This document shows positions 23,551 to 35,325 of a stretch of DNA of 64,000 nt, in pieces; positions within the stretch are counted from its first letter, which is position 1; the number at the start of each line of letters is the position of its first letter. The notes under the pieces are model-generated. The model was not told where the DNA came from, did no database searches, and worked only from the letters and a program-made list of their open reading frames with translations. This DNA is from Eledone cirrhosa. Its lineage: Eukaryota. Location: positions 22,878,001 through 22,942,000 of the forward strand of contig OZ024745.1 of assembly GCA_964016885.1 (NCBI GenBank), given 5' to 3'. The translations under genes and the position numbers were made by a program.

Positions 23551-26500
23551 TTTCTTAGTTAGAAGTAAGGATAGGGACATATTAAGCTGTCCAGAAATGC
23601 GCACGGTTGGCTACACGGATCACAAATTAGTGACCTGCGTGGTCAATCTCGAGAAAACACATAGACAGGGTCCCGGTTACTGGAAACTTAATTTGTCTTT
23701 ACCGGCAAAAGAGACTTACAGAAACCGGATTAGCAGATTAGTTAAGGAGAGGTTGACGGGTGCAATCGTCAACAACCGATGGTGGGCATCTCTCAAAAGA
23801 GAGATTAGAACAGAATCAATAAGTTATAGCAAGATGTTAGCTGCCAATAGGAATAGAAACGAGAAAGAATTAACAGGTAAATTAGAAGAGGCAATCAAGA
23901 GCGAAGATGTGGCCAGAGTGCTGGCATCGAGGACGGCCTTGAACCAGTTTTTCGATGCAAAGCATGAAGGCTGCGTCATTCGAAGTAAAATACGTGCTCT
24001 AGGTAATGAGGGGGCCAAAGCCGTTGGATGGGCCCGCGTGACAGAAGCTAAAAGTGGAAATCGATCCACCATCCGGTCGTTGCAAGACGAAGATGGACGA
24101 GTGATCCGGGAGCCTAAGCAGATGTGCGAGGCCTTTCAAAAGCACTTTGCCCGATTGTTCGGGGGAGGCGAGGGTCCGGGCCGGGGCGTGGATTTCGGTC
24201 CATACCTCGACGGCCTGCCGCGTCTCTCGAACAAAGAGGCAGAGTCCTGCGAGGGACCAATCTCGGCTGATGAGATCGGAGATGCGCTGAGCCAATGCAG
24301 CAGACGCAAATCTCCAGGTCTCGATGGTATACCTTACGAACTTTATTTAGCAATGCCGGTCTTCTTCTCCGAACTCCTCGAAGCGGTCTACTGCAATTGG
24401 CAGCAGAACGGGAGAATTCCTTGTTCTGTAGCCAAGGGCGTAGTCACGCTGGTGAGGAAGGACGAGAACAAGGGGGATAGTATAAATAATTTTCGGCCCA
24501 TAACCCTGCTAAACACAGAGTTAAAGATTTTGGCCAAGGTGTTAGCAAAGAGGTTGGCGCTTGTCGTGGGTGGCCTGGTGGGAGATGCGCAGACATGTGC
24601 TATCCCATCCAGGTCCATTCACGATAACCTCCACCTCATGCGATACATCATAGAGAGGGTTGGCAACAAACCCGGCTTCGGTGGGGCCCTGATCAACTTG
24701 GATCAGTCTAAGGCCTTCGATAGGGTCGACCATGGTTACCTGGATGCGGTGCTAGCGGCGGCTGGGTTCGGTCCTGTTTTCAGAGGCTGGATCACTGCCC
24801 TACATAGCAACCACATCTGTTCTAGGATCAAGGTGAACGGCTACCTTTCGAAGCCGTTCGAAATCACACGATCCATTCGACAGGGGTGCCCTCTCTCCTC
24901 CCTTCTGTACGTATTGACTCTCGAGCCTTTACTGAGGAAGTTGGAGTTGTTGCAGGGTATCCCCCTGGAACCAGGATTGAGCAAAGCGGTGTCGGCCTAC
25001 GCCGATGACGTAACAGTAATGGTATCAACCGACTCGGAGATCGAGGCGATCGGTACCTTACTGGAGGAGTACGAAAGGTTGTCAGGAGCGAAACTGAACC
25101 GGGAAAAATCCATCGGGCTGCAACTCGGAACGTGGAGAGGCAAACCGATGCCTCCTGACGGTGTCGTCGGACACTGGACGGAGGGCCCGGTAAAGTTGCT
25201 TGGGGTCTGGTTTGGACCGGACCTCCAGGTGGAAAAGAACTGGAACGAGGTTACGAACAAGGTGTTTGCACTAACCCAGAAATGGGCCAAGTGTAAGCTG
25301 TCCCTAAAAGGCCGGGCGGAGGTGGCGAACATTTACATAGCGTCCGTCACTTACTACCGCCTGACTGTCGTGCCTTGCCCTAAGGAAACACTCACCACCA
25401 TGGAACGCATGCTCTTCCAATTTCTTTGGAAGAAGCGTCCTCCTATGGTGAGAAGATCCATCTGCTGCCAACAACCTTCGAAAGGAGGGCTGGGGATGCC
25501 GTGGTTGATGATGCGTAGGCACGCATTAAGGCTACGGCACCTACAGGTATTCCTCACTGGTCAACCGGTGTGGGCTCCGTTCGTGAAACGAGCCTTTCCG
25601 AGACTCGTCTCACTCACCGAGCTACAGTCCTGGGTCAAGCAAAGATCCGGAAAACTGGGAGACTGGCACACTGAGTGTGCTCAGGCGCTCAGGGCTCTCT
25701 GGCAAGCGGGCCGGGCCATCGGTGGAGAATCCACCTCATCATTCTATAGAGGGCTGGTGGCTAGCAGGGGCGATGACACCCTTGGAGAGTCGCTGGACAT
25801 GGAGGAAGACGAACTGGCCAGCCTGTTCGGTAGGACTTTCGGCCCAGGACCAATGGACAACTTCCAGAAGTCACTGGCCTGGCAGTGCTACCGAGGGGCT
25901 CTACCCGTTCGAGAGAGGCTCTACAGACACGGGCGCCCGGGCAGGGATCCCTCAAAAAAGATTTGCCCTAGATGCGTGCGTCACGAAGAAACCGTGGCGC
26001 ACGCATTGGTGCAATGTCCGGGCGTGGCTGATCTGTGGGGCTACGCCGAACAACTGCTGTCGCGGGTGGCGCCGATTAAATTGACCGCCGAGTCCGTGAT
26101 GACAATCAAACCGCCTCCCCTCTTCACAAAGGAAGCAAAGGCGGTTTTTCTGTGCGTAATAGCCATGTTGAAAGAGGTTGTTTGGTGGACACGATTGAAA
26201 GGTCTGAGGTCAGGCAACTTCCTCTCTGGCCATAGTCTGGTCTACTTCTTCCGATATCACTTCGGAAGAAGGATAAGAATGGAGAGAGAGGTGCTTGGCC
26301 ACAGGCAGTTTTATGAAAGGTGGGTGATAGTGGCGAGAATGGCTCGTGTAAATGGGCCTTCTCTGTATACCATCCTGTAGGTAAAGAAGTAAAGGAGAGG
26401 GGAACACCTTCTCCATGTGCTCCCCGGGCAAAGGATTGCACACTTTTTCGGGGGTGTGTGCAACCCCCATCACGTCCCCTCCCTTTTGAGGTTATTTTCG

Positions 26501-26594
26501 ATTATTTTCATGTTACACCCTTTTTACTCGATTATATGTAAACTCCCCCTTTGTATTTGTCCCTTCTTTTTATGCCTTTATGGTAAATAAAGAA

Positions 26595-26596
<2 letters not shown>
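23551..26596 (+). mobile_element. Second, 5'-truncated Tx1 copy (related subfamily) in (TCTA)n
   Basis: Starts inside the APE domain (FLVRSKDRD). Collinear with copy 1, with a similar 3' UTR ending AATAAAGAAA-(TCTA)n. Confidence 0.93.
23597..26380 (+). CDS. Truncated LINE ORF2 (RT + CCHC, 927 aa open)
   Basis: Same RT motifs as 19770-23198. Confidence 0.92.
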   Translation: MRTVGYTDHKLVTCVVNLEKTHRQGPGYWKLNLSLPAKETYRNRISRLVKERLTGAIVNNRWWASLKREIRTESISYSKMLAANRNRNEKELTGKLEEAIKSEDVARVLASRTALNQFFDAKHEGCVIRSKIRALGNEGAKAVGWARVTEAKSGNRSTIRSLQDEDGRVIREPKQMCEAFQKHFARLFGGGEGPGRGVDFGPYLDGLPRLSNKEAESCEGPISADEIGDALSQCSRRKSPGLDGIPYELYLAMPVFFSELLEAVYCNWQQNGRIPCSVAKGVVTLVRKDENKGDSINNFRPITLLNTELKILAKVLAKRLALVVGGLVGDAQTCAIPSRSIHDNLHLMRYIIERVGNKPGFGGALINLDQSKAFDRVDHGYLDAVLAAAGFGPVFRGWITALHSNHICSRIKVNGYLSKPFEITRSIRQGCPLSSLLYVLTLEPLLRKLELLQGIPLEPGLSKAVSAYADDVTVMVSTDSEIEAIGTLLEEYERLSGAKLNREKSIGLQLGTWRGKPMPPDGVVGHWTEGPVKLLGVWFGPDLQVEKNWNEVTNKVFALTQKWAKCKLSLKGRAEVANIYIASVTYYRLTVVPCPKETLTTMERMLFQFLWKKRPPMVRRSICCQQPSKGGLGMPWLMMRRHALRLRHLQVFLTGQPVWAPFVKRAFPRLVSLTELQSWVKQRSGKLGDWHTECAQALRALWQAGRAIGGESTSSFYRGLVASRGDDTLGESLDMEEDELASLFGRTFGPGPMDNFQKSLAWQCYRGALPVRERLYRHGRPGRDPSKKICPRCVRHEETVAHALVQCPGVADLWGYAEQLLSRVAPIKLTAESVMTIKPPPLFTKEAKAVFLCVIAMLKEVVWWTRLKGLRSGNFLSGHSLVYFFRYHFGRRIRMEREVLGHRQFYERWVIVARMARVNGPSLYTIL

Positions 26597-26644
<48 letters not shown>

Positions 26645-26859
26645 ATCTATATGTCTGTCGTACTTTCTGGCTGATTGTCTTACTCTTTAAACTTGAATTA
26701 TATATATGTGCGTGTGTGTATGTGTATCTATGCATCTATGTATGTGTATATATATCTTAGTTGATTCAGTAGATATGTAGTTTACTATAGGTACCAATAT
26801 TACTACTATACTATATACTATAGGAGAATGTGCCCATTAAGAAGAGCATAAATATGGAT

Positions 26860-27200
26860 CTTCAGCCGCCCATCTGTAAAACATTAAGGATGAGAGTCAA
26901 AGGTGACTCTGGCGAGATTTGAAACCCAAAAGGTAAAGGTGAGTAAGTGAATACCACAAAGACGTTTTATCTGTTGCTCTACAAATTATGTCAACATACC
27001 ACGCTTAAAACTTGATTGTAGAATTATATAATAATTTCTAATTTAGGCACAAGACCAACAATTTTAGGGGAGGGGTAAGTCGATTAAGTCGATCCCAGTG
27101 CGTGACTGGTACTATATTTTATCGACCAATCCGTAAGGATGAAAAGCAAAGCTGACATCTACAAAATTTGAACCCAGAACGTAAAGGGGATAACTAAGAG
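26860..27200 (-). mobile_element. Two degenerate SINE family A copies
   Basis: AAGGATGA..GTCAAAG…ATTTGAA motifs. The second copy runs 27030-27195. Confidence 0.7.
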
Positions 27201-27392
27201 CCTATAGGGCCTATATGTACATACATACATGAATACATATTCCATTCACACACAAGATGTGGGTTCGGCTACCATCTAAGTCAATACTCATATTTTTCCA
27301 TTTCTGAGAGGGTTCAAAACCCCATTATCAGGCTAAAATTTCTTTAGTCGAAAATGCGGCGAAACCTTCTATTTCTTTATATATATATATAT

Positions 27393-27597
27393 AACGAAGA
27401 AAGTGTGGTAAGAAACCAGGTGGACCATAACGCACCAGAGTACTCAATACTTAGGGTAGTAGAGTGGGTAATAGGAAAATGTTCAAGACCTCGACGGCAA
27501 AGCTCAAGCCGTTTCCACGGCTATTTCTGGACTGAGTCCAGAAATAGCCGTCGAAACGGCTTGAGCTCTGCCGTCGGAGTCTTGAACATTTTCCTAT
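27393..27597. mobile_element. Half-hammerhead family mini-element: tail plus 63-bp-arm palindrome centred at 27534
   Basis: 27471-27533 is inverted to 27535-27597 around CTGGACT-G-AGTCCAG. Confidence 0.85.
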
Positions 27598-27609
27598 ATA
27601 TATATATAC

Positions 27610-27676
<67 letters not shown>

Positions 27677-27690
27677 AAATAAAATAAAAT

Positions 27691-27762
27691 TTCATTCTGA
27701 TGAGCGATTTCAGACGTCTGTGTCGAGCTCGTCTGTCTTCGTGAAACCTTTGGTAAATGGAA
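27691..27762 (+). ncRNA. Type I hammerhead motif with extended stem II, isolated in (TA)n
   Basis: TTCATT-CTGATGA-GCGA..CAGACG…CGTCTG..TCGT-GAAA-CC(TTT)GG-TA-AATGGA: GUA site. Confidence 0.8.
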
Positions 27763-27787
27763 TAATTATCTTATGTTGTTTATTACA

Positions 27788-27835
<48 letters not shown>

Positions 27836-28085
27836 ATCGAAGAATCAAAAATCAAAAGAAAACAATAAAACAATATATATATATATATATACATATATTT
27901 ATATATATATATTGTTTTATTGTTTTGTTTTGATTTTTGATTCTTCGATTATATATTTTATTCTCAATCTGTATAATATACACGCTTCATCGACCGGTAT
28001 CCATCGATTCTGACCAACCAAGCGGCCATCGAATCAATACAAACATACATACATATATAAATATCTGTGCGTACACATGTGTAGT

Positions 28086-28155
<70 letters not shown>

Positions 28156-28339
28156 ACAAATCAGGATCGATTCAGTTTGAATCTAGTTCTTTATTGAACA
28201 GAGTACTTGATACTTGGAGTAGTCGAGTAGGGTTATATTATAAAGAGGCGGGACCCGACGGCTGGAATTAGCTGTCGAAACAGAAAGAGCTCAACTGTCG
28301 GGACCGACGTCTTGTGTTTATATATGTATATATATATAA

Positions 28340-28660
28340 GCAGAAGGGATATTCAATTTGTTGGTAATTCAACAAATATAAATGTTTATAACTGATTCAG
28401 AGCACTCGACAGATTTTCTGGAGTATAATATTCAATGATATTAAATAAATGGAAACTATATTTATAAAACCATATTTATTTTATTATATATATTTCAAGG
28501 GTACCAAAAGTTTTGTACGCTCTCATCAGATAAAATACAAAGTTTGTTTTATAAATATTGACATAACCAAGAAAAAATACCTTAACGGTTCAAGTTTTTC
28601 CTGGATAGTGAAGGAAAAGAGAAGAAAAGTCAGATATTTCAAATTATTAAGATATATATT
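28340..28660 (-). mobile_element. PLE 3' terminus with hammerhead (28477-28537) and tail
   Basis: Reverse complement TATTTTAT-CTGATGA-GAGCGTAC…GTACCCTT-GAAA-TATATATA-ATAAAATA. Homologous to 52352-52560. Confidence 0.8.
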
Positions 28661-28661
28661 A

Positions 28662-28730
<69 letters not shown>

Positions 28731-29372
28731 TTGTTTGTAAACAAACAACCCGAACATTATAATAAATGTTCGGTAAACCCATACGTACATATATATATAT
28801 ATATATATATGTGCATGTATGTATATATATACATACTACTGTACGTCTGTATACATATATGTATGTACTTATATATACTTATATTTAAGTATCAACACGG
28901 CTAAGAGTGAGAAATGAAATTTCGTTTCATTCTTTTCCATTTATCGTTTTCGGTGCGCCCGGCCGACTATCTCACGCGATATGCAAATTAGGCTGCTCAG
29001 TCGTTAATATGCATAAGGAAAGTATATACTTTCAAACGTTCAATCATCTGACAGGAAGGTATACGACGCTGACGATAGCTAATAAGCTTGAAACTAGTTC
29101 ATCGTTCCTTTGTCAGTGTTGAACAAAATGGCAACGATGGTTGCCGAACACTGTACGGCTTAATTCGGGCTGTTTGTTTACAAACAAACCGAACATTATA
29201 ATAAATGTTGGGTAAACCGATACGTACGTATATATATATGTGTGCATGTATGTATATATATACATGCTACTGTACGTCTGTATGCATATATGTATGTACC
29301 TATACATACATATATTTAAGTATCAGCCGTACTAAGAGAGAGAAATGAAATTTCGTTTCATTCTTTTCCATT

Positions 29373-29465
<93 letters not shown>

Positions 29466-29469
<4 letters not shown>

Positions 29470-29670
29470 AAGAGTGAAGAATAACATGGTCGGCTGTATA
29501 AAAAGGGTTTTATTTACAGTATTAACAATTGTTTCATTGATCAGGTCGCTAAAGGCCGCTGATCACTCGAAATTGCATCACTCGACCTTAAATACAGTGT
29601 GTGTCTCTGATCAAATTATCGGAATACTGGAGGGTTTAACACATGGCATTGGTATTTATAGATATAGCAA
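29466..29670 (-). mobile_element. PLE-like terminus with degenerate long-stem-II hammerhead (29517-29629)
   Basis: Reverse complement CAGTATT-CCGATAA-TTTGATCAG…CTGATCAAT-GAAA-CAATTGTT-AATACTG. Confidence 0.65.
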
Positions 29671-29709
<39 letters not shown>

Positions 29710-29732
<23 letters not shown>

Positions 29733-32268
29733 CGTTTCTGAATTTGCTTAGCAAGATTCTTTATCTGAAAACGTGTGTTGAAACCGATATTGTTATACTT
29801 TGGGAGGGTCATGTTGCCAAAAAGAAACACACGCACCAGTTGCTTTCAGTTCAATTTATTATAATAAATTTATAAATTTAGGAATTTATAAATTTACGGT
29901 TGGTTGGTTGGTTCCACAACCAGATAGTTGTTAATATATTGTCAAAGTTCTTTCGTCACACATTCTGTGACCTCTTCAGTGACTGGGGGTTCTTTTCTTT
30001 GTTTTTCGTGCCTCTCATTTGTTCTGTCCTACGCCATCTTGTTTTTGTGTGTGCTGTGTGCTTAGTTTGCGCATGTGTTACATCCGGGTGTCTGTTTGTG
30101 TTTATATTCGTTTATTTATTTGTTTATTTACATGTTACTGGTTGGTTGTTTGTTCTATGTGCGTGTGTGTTTTCATTTGGTCCTTAATTGTAAGGTGTGA
30201 TGTTGCTGTTCCACTCATGTTTTCTATTTAATTTTGGTTGTAATTCATTTATGTTTATTGCCTCTGTGATTTGTCTAAACATTGCGTCTTTTCTGTGTGT
30301 AGATTCTATTTTTATTTCTATGTTCTCTAATTTACCCTTATGTTCTATTTTAGCATGTTGGTAGAGTACAGATGATTCTTTACTATCTTGAAGGTCTCGC
30401 CAGTGTTCATTTATCCGTTCCCCTACACTACGAGCTGTCTCACCTATGTACACTATATTTTTATCTCTACATTGTCCTTCAGTACATCTTATGCTATATA
30501 CTACATTTCTAGTATTACAGTTAATATGGGGGCTTAGTTTACAGACTGTACATTTCTTATCTATACAGGGAGGTCTTTGAAAAGGGTATGTCTTGCTAAT
30601 AAGTGTTTTTATGGAGGTACCTGGTCTTTCTACTATCTTAATATTGAGTTTATGTTTATCTAGGGTCCTTCTAAATTTGTAAGCTAATTCACCTCTAGGG
30701 GTTGTATCGATGAAAATTAACACTGGTATTTATTGCTATCATACCATGAGTTTATTCTATTAGCCTTATTCCTAGTTCTTTCTATTCTATTCCAAAATTT
30801 GCTCCTATACAAGGGGCAGGTCCCATTTGTGTCATTATTTACCATTTTTTCCCATTTGGTTCTGGCTCCTCTATACACTCTGATTTTATCTCTCTGATTG
30901 TAACCAGAGAACTGCATACAGTGGATGAAGTGTTGTATGTGTCTCTCTAGTTCTTCGGGGTTGCACATGCGGGACACGTTTCTCATCACCCGTACCAAAT
31001 CCGCAATCAGTATGTTGATTTTGGTATGGTCCGAAAGAGCTGAGTTTCGGTGGATCAGATATTTGGAAGTCATGGGTTTGGCATAATGGGAATGGAGGAT
31101 TTGTTTTTGGTTGTTAATGGTATCTAACCAGAGCTCTGTGTCTAGTACAGATAATCGATGGTTGAGGTGTTTGCTTGGGTAGTCTATAGTAACTCTAATA
31201 TTCTGGTGGATGGTGTTAGCTATTTGCTGGATGCTTTCCATTGTGTTTTTCTCTAATTTCTGACCGTTCTCTAGTGGGGTGTTTTAACTACGATGTTTAT
31301 ATCATCAACGTAGCGGGAGTACATTATCAGGGTTAAGGGGTCTTCTAATTGTTCTTTAAGTTTAAGTTTAAGTCTACTGTCCCACCATACCATGAATAAG
31401 TTAGCTATGTCGCCTGCAATGCTAACACCAATGGCTGCTCCCTCCTCTTGGGCATATGTTTTTCCATTAAATTTGAACATATGTTCCTTAAGGGTTAATT
31501 TTATGCTGGCCCCCACCGCATGGGCAATCATTTTCTTTAGTTCATTGTGGTTTTCGGGGGTCCGTATGGCTCTGGTCCACCCGTTCCATCTATCTGTGTG
31601 GGTTTTCTTGGCCATTGAGGTAATGGTAGGTGCTCTGCCTCTTGTTGGTCTTGTAGGGCACAGGTTGCTAAGGTCATATGTGTCTAGATAATTATTACTA
31701 TAGGTAAGTTTAAGTAGGAGTCCCAGCTCACTGGTATCAATCCCACGGAACTCAACATTGCTCTCACTGATCATTTCTACGCATTTCTCCACAGCAAAAT
31801 CCACATCCATACTACCTATTATGCAGTTTGTTAGGTCCCTAGATCGGTTACTCTCGCCGATTCTGCTGAGGAGGTCCTCCGTGCTGTCACATACATCTGG
31901 GGACATTTCAATGATGGGGCGTATGATCAGGGAGAGGAAGTAGGACAGTCTGTAGTTACTAGCAATGTTAGCTTTACAGACTGGCCGTACTGGTGGTACC
32001 GTGACAGGGTCACTGCCCGTTTTATGGTCTTTTCGAAGCCCATACAACGCCCACACGTCATTGTTCCAGGCCTGGAAGTTGTTGGCAGTCCTTTTGTTGG
32101 GCTGCATTATATTTGTCAACATCACCATATGGGCATTGAGGGCTTTTTCTCTATCCTCATGCTCTTGTTGTGTTACTTCTCTTGTGTTAGTGATATGGGG
32201 TTGCATTGCCTGGATGTAGTTTGGCAGACTGTCAACCGACATTCTGCCAGACTTGTCCGTTGGAAAGC
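29710..32268 (-). mobile_element. Older, frameshifted copy of the Neptune/Nematis-type PLE with full 3' tail and hammerhead (29941-29984)
   Basis: ORFs 31271-~32268, 30717-31241 and 30184-30723 are collinear with 13553-14986 and extend further N-terminally (PTDKSG, LYGLRKDHK, PVRPV, IIGSMDV). Confidence 0.92.
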
Positions 32269-32432
32269 ATGCATATATACTATATATATATATATGTGTG
32301 TGTGTGTGTATACATACATATGCACTTACACATATAGTTGACATTTTACATTTACAGGACGAGTTCTCTTTGATTCAGTGACTAAATCATATATATATAT
32401 ATATATATATACATAGATATACATACATATAC

Positions 32433-32547
<115 letters not shown>

Positions 32548-33089
32548 CAACACTCGAGGGAGACAGAGAGAAGGAGGTGGGAGTTAAAGCATTCATATAC
32601 CTAGAAATCTTAATGGACGCCCCCACAAACAAACAAACAAAAAGAATTAAACAGCCTGATTGACCAATCAGAAAACTAAATGTCCTCACCAAGTCATGTG
32701 ACCAATCTATAGTCTAGAACATCGACCAACAAACCAGCCAACCGTATGTGGTTTCATAAATATCAAGGCGTATTATTTTTAGACAATATGCACACTCACA
32801 TGCAGACGTACGCCCACACGTGTATCTATGTATGTATGTATGTATATATGTATGTATGTGTATATATACATGCATGTGTGTGTGTATGTATGTATGTATG
32901 TATGTGTGTGTGTGTGTGTGTGTGTAGGTAAGTAGGTAAGAAGATATGAATATATGTATGCATATATATATATGTGTGTGTGTGTTTGTGTATTTACACA
33001 TACGAATATATATACATATATATATGTATACATGTGTGTGTGTGAGTGTATGTATACATACGTATATCTATCTATCTATATATATATAT

Positions 33090-33338
33090 CCAGGGGGTGT
33101 AACTTGGAGTTACTGCAGGTTCACTCGGGAGAGCACTCGATGTTTAGGTTCACTTCTGTGTTGAGGTGTAGAGCTATACAGAGTGTATTATATTGAAAAG
33201 ATAACAAGGACGATTGGTTACTCATTCATTACATTTATTGGTAGGTGACGCGCGTTTCGCCACTGATCAGCTCAAGGTTCGATCTGTATCGGTCCTACCC
33301 GACTGAATGATCGGCAGCTCGACGGACCCTTTAAAATG
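33090..33338 (-). mobile_element. PLE-like terminus with long-stem-II hammerhead relic (33243-33330) and tail
   Basis: Reverse complement AGGGT-CCGTCGA-GCTGCCGATC…GATCAGTGGC-GAAAC-GCGC-GTC-ACCT, then AATAAA. Relatives at 36432-36570 and 59990-60152. Confidence 0.7.
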
Positions 33339-33339
33339 C

Positions 33340-33370
<31 letters not shown>

Positions 33371-33387
33371 GTGTGTGTATATCTATA

Positions 33388-33420
<33 letters not shown>

Positions 33421-33441
33421 TTATGTGTGTGTATATCTATA

Positions 33442-33500
<59 letters not shown>

Positions 33501-33742
33501 GCAGATATTCATACAAGCATATATGCATATATATATATGTATATATGTGTATATGTGTATATGTGTGTGTGTTTGTGCATATACAGAGAGAGAAGTAAAG
33601 GGAGAGATATAATATATTGATACATAAATCATAAAAAGGAATGGCCGAGAGAGTGAGAGGAGGAGAAGAAAAGAGAGAGAGGGAGAGGGAGAGAGGAAAC
33701 GAGAGTCAGAGAGGTGGAGATGAAAAGAGAGTGGGAGAGGGG

Positions 33743-33942
33743 NNNNNNNNNNNNNNNNNNNNNNNNNNNNNNNNNNNNNNNNNNNNNNNNNNNNNNNNNN
33801 NNNNNNNNNNNNNNNNNNNNNNNNNNNNNNNNNNNNNNNNNNNNNNNNNNNNNNNNNNNNNNNNNNNNNNNNNNNNNNNNNNNNNNNNNNNNNNNNNNNN
33901 NNNNNNNNNNNNNNNNNNNNNNNNNNNNNNNNNNNNNNNNNN
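33743..33942. other. Assembly gap (200 N)
   Basis: Run of N. Confidence 1.
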
Positions 33943-34432
33943 GACGCTCGCTATTACTATGAGAACCGGATACACAAACACCCCCTTCCCCCCTTCCTAG
34001 GGACCCAGCATCACAAGTCGGATGTTGCCCCTCATCCAGTGACGTACGTTGTTCCGCCACCGGAACCATCGCTAAAATCACACACACGTGACAGGACGCC
34101 CCTCTCTCACGGAAGACACACGTACGTTAATACCATGGCGACGCCGCCACATGTGCAACACCACGTTGACCACCGTTATAATTGACACACACACGCGCAC
34201 GCATGCACACGCACACACACACACGCGCACACACACAAGCACACGCACACGCACATACACACACGCGCACATACGCGCGCACACACACACGCACGCACGC
34301 ACGCACACACGCAGACGCACACACGCACGCATGGAGAAATATAAGGATGAACGATCGCTTGCTGCACGCACTCATACATATACTATGTATATATCACTCA
34401 CACACACACACAGACACACGACACACACACAT

Positions 34433-34463
<31 letters not shown>

Positions 34464-34876
34464 AATGTGTGTGTGTGTGTGTGTGTGTCTGCGTGTGTGC
34501 ATGTGTTTGTGTCTGCGTGTGTGTGTCAGTGATATATACATAGTATATGTGATATACACACACACACATACACACATATATATATATATATGTCTGTGTG
34601 TGTGTGCGTGTGTGCATGCGTTTGTGTCTGCATGTGTGTGTGCATGTGAGTGTGTGCGTGTGCGCATGTGTGTGTGTGTGTGTGTGTGTGCGCGTGTGCG
34701 TGTGTGTGTGTGTGCATGTGTGTGTGTGGACATGTGTGCGTGTGCGTGTGTGTGTGTGTGCATGTGTGTGTGTGGACATGTGTGCGTGTGTGTGTGTGTG
34801 TTGCAGACACAAAGATAAATATTTAAATGCATACTAACACCAGTGCATACATATACAATCTATATATCCAATGATA

Positions 34877-34939
<63 letters not shown>

Positions 34940-34964
34940 ATATATATATATATATATGTTTTAG

Positions 34965-35325
34965 AAATTCTTTGCGGCATATAGTTAGGACTTTCTAAGA
35001 TCTGAGTTCAAATCCTGCGGAGGTTAGTTTTGTCATTAGTCTTTTCGGGATCGATAAAATAAAGTACCAGTAACTTACTGGAGTCGATTTAATCCCAAAT
35101 ATTGTAGGCTTAGCACCTAAATTAGAAACCGTTATAACGAGAACAAGGACGCTTGGTTCGTAGTATTGATAGAGCCACGCGTAAAATGCTTTGTGGCATA
35201 TAGTTATGGCCCTTTACGTTCTAATTTCAAAACCTTCCCGTGGTTAGCTTTGCTTTTCATCTTTCCGTTATCGGTAAAATAAACTAAATTGGTGGCTTTG
35301 TTCCATTGCTAGAAAGAGTTTTAAT
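34965..35325 (+). mobile_element. Two degenerate SINE family A copies
   Basis: CTGAGTTCAAATCC…TCGATAAAATAAAGTACCAG, and a second copy from ~35165. Confidence 0.75.

Noticed and set aside
20213-26541. Antisense and alternate-frame ORFs within the Tx1 copies
   Set aside because: These are expected shadows of a GC-rich coding strand; they recur only because the copies are homologous.
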